Source: Octopus sinensis (Eukaryota). From it: a DNA stretch of 64,000 nucleotides. The translations under genes were made by a program, and so were the position numbers. The notes under the pieces are model-generated. The model ran no database searches. It saw nothing but the letters and a program-made list of their open reading frames with translations, and was not told where the DNA came from. Location of the stretch: the NCBI RefSeq assembly GCF_006345805.1, contig NC_043006.1, forward strand, positions 23,188,001 through 23,252,000, given 5' to 3'. Positions 52,931 through 64,000 of this stretch are shown in pieces. The first letter of the stretch is position 1. Each line of letters opens with the position of its first letter.

Positions 52931-55269
52931 TGGTGGTTTCCATTTGATTTCAGTTTCTTACGGGTTTTAACGCCTATGCAGTGGATTTCTTCTACAGACC
53001 AGTCAAGTATCCCAAATGTTGGAATTAGCTACATAAAAACATGTTAACCATTTGAATCAGAGAGAAGATGCAAAAGCAGGTGGCCACATAGTTTTAGTTT
53101 TATGTTTTGCTGCTCGTAAATTGAAAAAAAATCGTTATTTTAAGCTGTAAACACAAAACCATACGGCTGCCTGCTTTTCGTCAGTGAAAGCATAAACCAA
53201 GGTGTGCAAGACAGATAATTTTCCGCTAAGTATTCTGTACTCCTGTATCTCATAAACCTCAGTGGTTTATAAGATACAGTCGTTGATTGGTTGAATTACC
53301 CAAATATGACAACTTTAACACAAAATAACTTCTAAAATATGAAATTTTGTCAAAAACGTTCAGAGTAAACTGTGTCCTACGTAAGAAATTCTACCAGTAT
53401 TCGAAGTTTCAAACTGTTTAGTTAAAAAAAATTAATTAAAAAATCTGTGAGTGAGATGGAATAGATCCATATTTATGGCTCGGTCAACCTGAATGAAGTA
53501 CCTTAGCCACATTACACTGTTCAGTGACGGAGTATAACGATCAGATTATTTACCGTTGTTTCGGTTCGATAGTTCAATACTTTAATTAATCATCAACCTG
53601 TGACTCTTTTTACAGCATAAATCACAAAATAAAAACCAAAGATTCTTGAAGAAAATTTTTAAATTCTCTTAACTAGGGCGCTATACAGATTATAGTAGAC
53701 TGTTACAGATTATATGGCTTCTGCTGAAAATTGAATCCGTATCACAAACCTACAACTTGCTGTTATAGACAAAAAAAAATTGAAACAAATTTAGTTAATT
53801 TGCCAAGAACATAAAAATAACTGCAACATGGCACAATCAGATATGTAGAAATCATGTTCTTTTTGCAAGAACACACATTTATAAGGAAACTTTAGCCAAG
53901 CAGTGATTCTACATCTACTTACAAGACAATTAAATTAAATATCGCAATGGTATCTTAAGTACGGAACTTAAGTCTAAGATCTTAAGTAAGATACCATAAC
54001 GGTATTTCATTTGCTGTCTCACGTCTTTGACTCGAAATCCCGCTGGGATTGGAATTTATTTCCATCATTCCAAAGTCTATAAAATATTCCAGTAATATAA
54101 TACTGTTGAGTTCATTGACTATAACCCACATCCCCTCCTTCGACTATAACCCATACACTTCTCCTTTGATTCTACCTCACACCCCTCCTTCAACTATATC
54201 CTACACTCCTCCTTCCATTATAACTCACACTTCAGTCTCCCTCCTTCTGCCGAAAGGGCTTGTGCTTAAAACGGAACAAATAATCTTATCTCACCGCTTA
54301 GCACACGGTATCGTGTGCCAAACAGGAAGAATTATGATTCCAGCGGGTCGAGTCTGCGAAACAGGTTTCATTTTTATCTTCTTGTTTCAGTCATTGGACT
54401 GCGGCCATGCTGGGGTACAGCCTTGAAGAGTTTAGTTGGACAAATCAACTCCAGTACTTTATTTATTTATTTATTTGTAAGTCTAGTATTTATTCTATCC
54501 TTTCCTTCTTTGCCGAACCGCTTAAGCAACAGGAACATAAACAAATCAACACCGGTTATCAAGCTGCGATGAGCAACAAATACAAAGAGTTTCCGTTTAC
54601 CAAATCCATTCACAAGGTTTTGGTCGGCCCTTATTGTTCCAGGTTCAGTTTTACTGAAACCGGAACAATACGATTAAGAAACTTCAGTTTTACCATTGGG
54701 GAAAATACAAATACCAATACAATTCCAGTTCCTATTCTTTTTCTTACTCCAGCTTGGCCAGTATACACACGAAGGAAAGAAGCAATCAACGAAAGAAAAG
54801 TCATTGGTTACAATTTTGTGTTGGCGCCTTTTCGATGTCTTCTTGAAACTCCATTGTGAAGCTATATAAAGATTGTGGCAGCGCGTAGTGGCCCATTACC
54901 GTATGTTACCAGCTTTTCAAGATGTCAATAGATTCATGTTATTGCTCTTGCTGACGTTGTTGTTGCTGTTGCTTTTGTTGTTGTTGTTGCTGTTGTTGTT
55001 CTTGTCGATGCTATTACTGCTGTTGCTGTTGAGCGAACGGTCTTCGTCCCAGAGCTCGCAAGATGGGAGAAGTCCGAAATGTGGTCCTTTGCTATTCGTA
55101 AGACCCGAAGAAGAGAAAGCAGGTCAACCCCCGTCACCGAGAGCATCGACGGATGGATGAATGCGCATCCAGGCTCAGTGGTTGCGTAGGAAGTCGGGGA
55201 CAAGAAACAGGAAGAAAGAGTGAGAGAAAGTTGGAGTGAAAGAGTACAACAGAGTACAAGAGTAAACGA

Positions 55270-55549
55270 GAGGAAGGTGAACTCTTACATGTAAACTAAA
55301 TTCGTTGCTTTACTCATTGCCGACTTTTACCTTACTGACACCATCACTATATATAGTGTGTACAGCTCTCACCAGCCACTCATCTATACATAACTTCTGT
55401 ATTGAGTACCAGATAAGGTTAAAGGCTTTCTGCATGTCAACAAAAGCCAAGTACAGACATTTCGTTTTGGCTAAATGCTTCTCCCACAGCTGCTTTATCT
55501 GAAAGATAACATCAATAGTGCTTCTCCCTTGTACAAAATCGAACCTCAT
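55270..55549 (-). mobile_element. RTE-type reverse transcriptase fragment
   Basis: FVQGRSTIDVIFQIKQLWEKHLAKTKCLYLAFVDMQKAFN..IDEWLVRAVHTIY..SKVKVGNE. Confidence 0.88.
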
Positions 55550-57399
55550 ATATATATATGCATATGCGATGATTTAGTAAGAGATGTCGTATTTTACAAT
55601 TCTGTAAATAATAATCCTTTCTATTGAAGACACAAGGCCTGAAATTTGGGATAGAGAAGTAATCGATTACATCGACCCCAGTGCGTAAATGGTATTTAAT
55701 TTATCCCTGAAAGGATGAAAGGCAAAGTCGACCTAGGTGGTGTTTGAACTCAGAACGTAGCGACGGGCGAAATACCTATTTCTTTACTACCCACAAGGGA
55801 CTAAACACAGAGAGGACATACAAGGACAGACAAACGGATTAAGTCGATTATATCGACCCTAGTGCGTAACTGGTACTTATTTAATCGACCCCTAAAGGAT
55901 GAAAGGCAAAGTCGACTTCGGCGGAATTTGAACTTAGAACGTAGCGGCAGACAAAATACCGCTAAGCATTTCGCCCGGCGTGCTAACGATTCTGCCAGCT
56001 CGCCGCCTTAAAGAAAGAAAACAGTCTGATAGTGGGGCATATAAACCCTCGACGGAAAATCTTGCGATTTTTCTGTCGAGGGCTCCAATATTAAACTATT
56101 TTCTTTAATCAATTCACGGTGATCGCTTAAAAGCTTTAAGCTTATAATATATGCGCGCGCGTTTGAATGAATGAAATGAGTGTTTGCCCAGTATCCGCCA
56201 GCCAAATCTCACTCTCCAAATCTGGTTTCACTGGCGGTCCAAAGGTTGTGCTGTGACAGAAAGTATTTCTTTCAATGTTCTACACTGGAGTAGAACCACT
56301 GTATCACTAAGCCAACTTCTTAACCGCTCTTTGTCACAATTGCAATCTTTCCAGTAAAATGCACGCTTCTAGTGATAAAATTACAAGTCAATCAAAATAA
56401 ACTACTTAATTCTTAGTCGCAATTCATCAGAAATAATATCTTAATTTTATATATTTAAAACTGTTGACATATTTGCATAATTATGAATTCCACATTAAGT
56501 CTTAGCTTTAGAATGTAATATAAATATAAATATATCAGATGCAAAGAAAATAAAAAGGGAAAACGAAATCCGTAGATAAAAAGAAACCGGGTATTTTACA
56601 TTATCCTGCTACTTAATTTTTAAATTCTGAATATTACTTTTATGTTGAAGTAGTGAAGTAGGTAAATGTTTAGTGTCTGTAAATTTGCAACGTAATCGTG
56701 CACTTTTATGTTTTAATCTGACGGCGAACAGCGAAATTTTGAACGATGACACGTATTCATGCTTAATACGTTCCGTCAGGTTTGAGCGTAAATATGCTAT
56801 TCACTGGTATTTCGTCATTGGGGAACAACTTCGTTTAAACAAACGTTTCGATTGGCCAAATCTATAACATGTGTAACAAAATATCAAATTGTTTTTATCT
56901 CTTTGGACAATGATTGCTATTTTCTATTTGCTTCTATCTAAAAATCAAAGGAAACAACTATTCCCTTCAGACTTTGCTTTTGTTACCTGCATATCAATGT
57001 TTTGAAACTGATCTATTTTCCATTACATTTCAGACAAATACAGTGCTGGGTTGCTGAAGCAGAAATATCGTTATAGCAAATATTCTGCTCAATGCCACAG
57101 ATTTACACGTTAGTTGCTTGACTTTAATCACTTGAGCATATCCCTTAATGGCTGAGCAGCAGTAGTGGGGAAACATCATAGTCATGTGTTGAGTGGGAAT
57201 CCTCGGGATTATAATGAATGTAACAAAAGCAAACTCTGAAGGAAATGTCTGTCATTTTTCATACTTTCTAGGGGTAAGCAAATAAGAAATAACAGTTGCA
57301 ACCCAAGGACAAAAATCGTGTTACACAATGTAATTTGTATCATTTTGACAAAAAAGAATAAAAAAAAAAGAAAATGAACCATTGGCGGTCAAAGCTATA

Positions 57400-58300
57400 T
57401 GCAGGCTTAATACTTTCACTTTACATATTAATGTACTAGTGCAGATAAGAAAAGTCTATAATCACTCTCAAAGTATAATGAAAAATCTCAATAAGAACAC
57501 TTCATTAGGACTCTCAGATTTACCTCCCAATAGCTCGATATTCAACGAAATTTCAACACCTGACCATAAAGCAATATACAAAAGTGGGTATAGAGAAAGA
57601 AGTTCAATATACAATTCACACAACACCAACATCTCCCAAAAGGAAAATAGAAAAAGGAAAAAAAAAAATCGTTTAATTCAACCTTCAACCTAAATGATGT
57701 GCTTTCGCTCAGTATCCATCTATTTATTAAAATTCAACATAAACGATTCTAGCACCTGTTGAAAACCTGTCAAAATATATTCCACAACAGTCTTGTGCAA
57801 CATATGGTCTGCGGAACTTTCAGTCTAGTACGCCTAAAGTAAAATTAACATGGATTTTTTTAGTAGTGCAGCTCACATGATGATGAGCCATGTCTCATGC
57901 AGCCCTCTTCCCGAAAATTGCTGTTTATGACTGTTCTACAACAAGGAACTTTGCTAAAAACAAGCTAAATTATAATTGCCAGAAGTTATGTAAATGTTAC
58001 GACCATAACCAAATACTAAGGCTAACCAACTACAACTGTAATGTTCCTTCGTCTTAAGAGAAATTACCTTGCTATAATTGTAATCAAACATAACATAGTG
58101 GTATGAGATATATGCATAGATATTAATTGTCACAGTGTTTATAACCTAACTGTAATTAAACATAATAATTCATTGGGTGCACGTAGTGAAACGAGAACCA
58201 AAATAATCACGCGTCTATTTATTCGTAATACGTTCGGGCAGATTCGAACAGCGATTTGATATTCACGTTCAAATTTGCGAGACCGTATTGAGTATAAATA
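57400..58300 (+). mobile_element. Heavily decayed Penelope-like (Naiad-like) thumb/linker/endonuclease fragment
   Basis: NHSQSIMKNLNKNTSLGLSDL..SIFNEI..AIYKSGY..RKRKKKNRLIQP resembles SNHP..RLS..IF..AL..SGY..RKIIWFNPP. Confidence 0.6.
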
Positions 58301-61300
58301 GACATAGTTTTATAGTTAACTACTACGGGGTATACCCAGACATATTGACTGTCATTGAATTTATAAATGAATTAAAAATGAACATAACACAGTATTATAC
58401 AAAATTTCACAGTAACATGCAGTTTAGGAGTTTCAAAAAAATGAAAGTAAATTAACCGGAAATTAAGACAGTGATATCCTTTATAATTTCATATAAACAA
58501 ATCTATGTAATATAGCTATTGTACAGAACGCACATATATTTTATATAATATGAGAAAGCTTACATATATAAGATAAAAATCATATTTTTAATGGTCATTG
58601 ATTGCTATTTCTGAAATACGATATCACAAGAAGGTACTACACTAGTAGGAGCCTGTAGACAAGGCCTAATGATGGGGTCCTGTTAATAAAATTAATATTA
58701 GAAGATTTCACCAGTTCGCTCTATGTATTCTATGAACTAATGCATTGTTACTGACACCACTTCCAGTCATTTTCCAATTTTTTAAAAAATCCCAAACTGC
58801 AAGTTAACCAACTTTATGGTATGTACTCATAGATATTAATCGCCACTGCGTTTGTAAATTAATTATAATTGAACATAGATTGGTTTTATACTGAACTTTA
58901 GTAAGGGGGATGCCCCCACATACTAATCGCAATAGCAGTTAAATTTATTAGATACATTAGACAGTTGTGAACGTGTGTCATGTTTACACTTCACAGTTTG
59001 ACATTCTTCATATTGGAGATGAATGTTTTACTTGCAATTTTGATCTCCTGTATATCTGATGTTGTTCATGACCAGGTAACATTATTTTACAAGTTCACTA
59101 CGACACAAGCGAAATTAGCGCCACTAAGCGGTTGATTATCATACTAGAAATAGCAACCCAATTTACCACATATCACACCCTGTCATATCACAACCGGAGA
59201 TTAGGTAATGTAATTCTAGATAATATAGTTCCAGACACACCAAAACAGATTTTAAATATAAAACTTGGAAATAGGGTATGTATGGATTAAGGGTATGAGA
59301 GAACCGTATCGTAATTAGCTTGAATTTAAATTACTTTGCTCGTTAAAATCCATGTCACTCACCACAAACCTCATAACAAAAATCATGGTAACGCATGCAG
59401 CGATGTCAAAATAAAATGACAACAAATTATTACTTTAAGAAGACATCCTTATTATTAGCATAGTCACCAAATATTGTTTCAGTGGATCCAATTGTCCCCC
59501 ACATTTGTCGAAACGTAAGCTAATACTTCTGCTGACCTTCCAGAAGCTGGGCTTTCATACGAACATGTGAAGAAGATATAATCGTCAACTATTTCAACTG
59601 TCCCAAAGAAAAGACAAAATTAGAATATGTGAAGCCCATCAAAGATTGGAATAAAGTAACACAAAAACTATAAAACCAAAGAACAAGAGCTCAAAGAAAC
59701 AAAACTGGTTCTGCTATACATGAAGACATAATATAAGATAGATAAGAAGGTTCAAGAAAAGGCAAGCAATTTCCATAAAACACAATGTACCGAAATTACA
59801 AGAATAGCTTTACAAATACTTTTATCTCTTCAAAAGAAGATAATGTCGATTTAGATGACAAAAAAAAAAATGAAAGGAAATGTTGCAAAAGAAATGGACT
59901 GATTAAAGATCAGTAAGAAAAAAGAGAAAGTAAAGTTGAGTATCTCATTAATCTTTACTAAACATCGAGAAAGTGGCAAGACAAGTCACCAGAAAGGCAA
60001 TTTCCTGCGGTGGTTAAAGGTCAGACTATATATTTACTTTACATCGACCTCGTTGTACCAGATGTTAATGAAATACTAACCACATTTGCATAAGCACCTG
60101 CATCACAACCATGTAAGGAAGAGCATAAAGGGAGATTCAGAAATTTGTTCTATATATCAAAGCACCAGTATTTCACCACAAAAGTCTGTTGGCAATCTAA
60201 GTTCTCTACCTTAGTGTGTTTCCATTTCTCATAGCAGAATCCAGCCCCATCTACTGGAAAGAGCCATGGATACGGAAATAGGGTGGACAAACGGCCACCA
60301 CCACCACCACCATCATCATCAATTTCGAAATTGTATAAAACATAAAATGGGGAAACGCCTGTCAGAGGCAGCTAAAAAAAGCTCAATGAAGCTATCAGCA
60401 AAGAGAGGCGATAGCTAGAGCTGAAAAAGAATACTGCAAGCCGCTAAACAGAGAATAGATAGAGGAAAACTCAGATTGAAATAGATCCACCGTGCAAGTT
60501 CTTTCGATAATCTTCATAGCCGTGTGGTATACGCCATAGTTCAGGGAAATAAGATCACTCGAAGGTTTCGAGTTCAATCCTCAATAAAAATAGCATTACG
60601 AAAGCAGCAGGGCTAGATGAGCCCTGCTTCATTAGATTGTTACGAACCAATGGGCCGAAACATTTGCCCGGCGGGAGTCCTCCCTCTGAAGATTTCTTCA
60701 GCTGTCCACTCGCCCGTAACAAGTTTCCATTTACTTATGTGGGACCAAAAAGAAGAAATAGAAGACAATCCTAATAGACCTTGATATTTCCAGTTAATAA
60801 TTATCTACCCTAGAAAATGTGTAGGCTTTTTCTAAAAATTAATATTGGACTCTTTCCTAGATTAATAAAATACGATTCGATGAACTAATGCATTGACCAA
60901 CATAGCTAGCTTGTAACTAGATTTAATGTAAATCGCCACAACAGACGACTCTAATCTGAAATTAAATTCTAGAGTAGCTTCCATTTATACATGAGATTAA
61001 ACTCACAAACTAATCATAATATAACACAAGGCTTCTGAGTTTAGAACCAAAGCTCTCAGGCTTCCTCAGTTCAGGGCCACGACCTATTGTATCACCGTAA
61101 AAGGAAAAGTGTTACCATAAAATCAATAATGCAAACGTGAATATGGCTTGATATTCTTATTATTATGGCTGATGTGATGAACTTCAAAGAAAGTGTACGA
61201 GTTTTCTTGCCAAATATCTTGAACGAAGCTTCTCGAAAATTTGGCTTATGGTAATAAAAAGCTGACAAGTTCAACTTCAGGCCAGAGTCACTCACCCGTC

Positions 61301-62379
61301 TAGATGCAACTATGTCACTTTGCTCAGTGAGTTGATCTCTCGCTTCCACTTACGTTTCGGCAAATGTGGGAGACAACTGGATTCACTGAAACGATATTTG
61401 GCACCACTTGCATAATATCATCTAGCACGTATTATTCCTAACTATTATGTTCATTGTTTTATGAACGTTGTTCCTTTAAATTATTTATATGTACACATGT
61501 GAATATTAGCGATGCGGGTTTATAAAATATATGAAAACTCAAATATTACTGTGGCTATTCTTGTCTCCACACGCAACTTACATAATATTGTGGACTCTTG
61601 TTAAAGAAAACACGACAAAACTCATTAGTTATATGATATTGATATTGGCGGCGAGTTGGCTAAGGCGGCGAGTTGGCAGAACCGTTAGAACCCCGGGCGA
61701 AATGCGTAGCCGTATTTCGTCTGCCGTTACGCTCTGAGTTCGAATTCCGCCGAGGTCGACTTTGCCTTTCATCCTTTCGGGGTCGATAAATTAAGTACCA
61801 GTTACCTACTGGGGTCGATGTAATCGTCTTAATCCGTTTGTCTGTCCTTGTTTGTCCCCTCTGTGTTTAGCCCCTTGTGGGTAGTAAAGAAATATATATT
61901 GATATTGCGTGGAACTATGGGGGTGGCCAGCGTACGATGTTTATTTGGAGTCAGGGAAATTGACTAAATGTTAAATATTTTGCTCGTAGGTATAACTAAA
62001 CGCTGGTGACATGATACGAACTACTGACACCCTAGTCGATAGTCCGACAATGCATCGATTGGGTCAGCTGCTAAAACTAGGATGTTTCTTGTGAATAAAT
62101 CTCAGTCAAAATCTAAACAAATTCAATTCTCCATTTGATCTGACGTTACTGTAAAAGATAAACAAATCAGTTATTTGTCGTCTGATTGATGTGTCATGTC
62201 TGTAGGGTTAGAAGATATTAGCGAAGGAAGTGGCAAGTCTTTCAAGTTACAACGGTCAGGAAACGAAGAGAACGGAATTTTGGAGCTGCTGGAAAACATG
62301 ACTTCAATGTTTTATATTGGATATCCTTTGTGTTGTAAAACCTAATGTAAACTATGAGTGAGTTCATATGTCGGTGGTT

Positions 62380-62398
62380 ATAATAATGATGATGATGA

Positions 62399-62480
<82 letters not shown>

Positions 62481-62523
62481 GATGATGATGAGGATGATGA
62501 TATGGTGATGGTGATGGTGAGGG

Positions 62524-62554
<31 letters not shown>

Positions 62555-62560
62555 AATGAT
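62380..62560. repeat. Compound trinucleotide microsatellite (GAT/ACT/AAT/GAT)
   Basis: Directly visible. Confidence 0.95.
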
Positions 62561-63541
62561 TTCTTTTATTTGCCACGGGTGCATCAAATGAGGTGGACAC
62601 TAGAAGGAAAGATTACAATTTGGGTGTGGGATTTGCATAAAAGTTGAGGTGAAAGAAAGGGAGAAATGGGAAAATGATGTAAAAAAATGTACATACAATG
62701 CAAAATAAGTGAACACACGAAGGAGGCAACCTTCATGATACAGAACCTCCATATAGAGTCAAGCAAGGAACCCCACGGATTCAAGTTCACCCTGACCACC
62801 AATGGGCCCAACTATTGTGCTCCAGTCTATAGGCACAAGGCTAGAAGTTTTGAGCAGAAGAACTAGTCGATACCATCGACTCCAGTACATGACTGGTACG
62901 TCATTTCATCAATCTCGAAAGGATGAAACGCAAAATTGATCTCGACAGGATTTGAACTTAAAATATAATGAGCCGAAACAAACACCATAAGGTATTTTTT
63001 CGCGATGCGCTACCGATTCTACCGATCCATCATCATATAATAATAAAACTGTGGTTCCCGATTTAGTTAGAAGTCAAGCGATTTTGAGAAGATGAGGTTA
63101 GTGAGTACCATCGACCCTGTACATGACTGGTATTTATCTTATCGGCTCCAAAAAGATGAAAAACAAAGTTGACCTCGGCAGGTTTTGAACTCAGAATAGT
63201 AAATATCCGGGTGAATTACTGCAAGGCATTTTTTCGACGCTGTACCAATTTTATAATGCTCTTATGTTATATTATTTAAGAATAACCGTTTCTTATATTT
63301 ATGGCGGTGCCCCAGCATAGCCCAACCTCTTGTTGAACAAGTAAAAGTAAATGCAGACGTGGCTGTATGCTTCAGACGCTTGTTTCCCAACCATTTGCTC
63401 TTGGGTTCTGTCCCACAGGGTGGCACTTTGGGCAACTGTCATCTACTATAGTCCCGGGCTGACCAAAGCCTTGAATGAATTTGGTGGAAAGTAACTGAAA
63501 AAAAGATTGTCGTATAATATGCGTGAGTGCCCGTGTGTGCG

Positions 63542-63575
<34 letters not shown>

Positions 63576-64000
63576 CGTGTGTGTACGTGCGTGTGTGTAT
63601 GTGTGTGTGTGTGTGCGCGTGTGTGTATGTGCGTGTGTGTGTGTGTGTGTGCCATTGTCTTTGCCTCCTCCCCCATCACTGGACAACCGGTATTGGTTTC
63701 TTTAAATCCTGTAACTTAGCGGTTCAGTAAATAGCGTCTGATGGAATAAGCACCGAGCTTTAAAATTTATTCGACTAAAATCGTCAAAGCAGTGCCCCAG
63801 CATGGCCGCAGTCTAAAGACGGAAACAAATGAAAGATGATTATCAAGAAATAGATTATGAAAATTCGAGGCATTTATGCCTTTATCGGGGACACTAAATA
63901 GGGTGAAAAAAAAAAAGCTGCTTCACCTGGGGAATCGAAACCGGTTGGTCGGTTCAACTACTCGAAATGTGGCCTTTGTAACACACACGTTGCCTATTAG

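Noticed and set aside
52982-53469. Possible second Mutator-like MITE (TGGATTTC..TAGATCCA ends)
   Set aside because: TIR match is weak and no TSD is discernible.
59480-60730. Possible decayed LINE coding sequence
   Set aside because: Only faint motif resemblance; cannot be assigned by eye.

Overview
AT-rich, microsatellite-dense animal genomic DNA. The SINE families and repeat landscape suggest an Octopus genome (inference). The only host gene I can support is Wnt4 on the minus strand, with two internal coding exons (34005-33770 and 31411-31134) and canonical AG/GT splice sites. I could not find its first or last coding exons, so most of the window is probably very large intron. The rest is nested transposable elements: three tRNA-derived SINE families, decayed Tc1, mariner and Merlin transposons, MITEs, two non-autonomous Helitrons, a Mutator-like insertion, fragments of RTE, CR1/L2, R4/Dong and Tx1/L1-like LINEs, and many Penelope-like (PLE) remnants in (TA)n tracts. 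The most interesting signals are RNA-level or structural. There are about nine hammerhead-ribozyme-like motifs, including an intact inverted pair at 16.7-17.1 kb, one split by a ~1.2 kb insertion, and a candidate with strands in a non-canonical permuted order inside a 776-bp tandem repeat. There is also a ~540-bp patch stitched from three nearby templates, several long foldbacks, and an ORF1-only retroelement. All folds were read by eye; no software or database was used.
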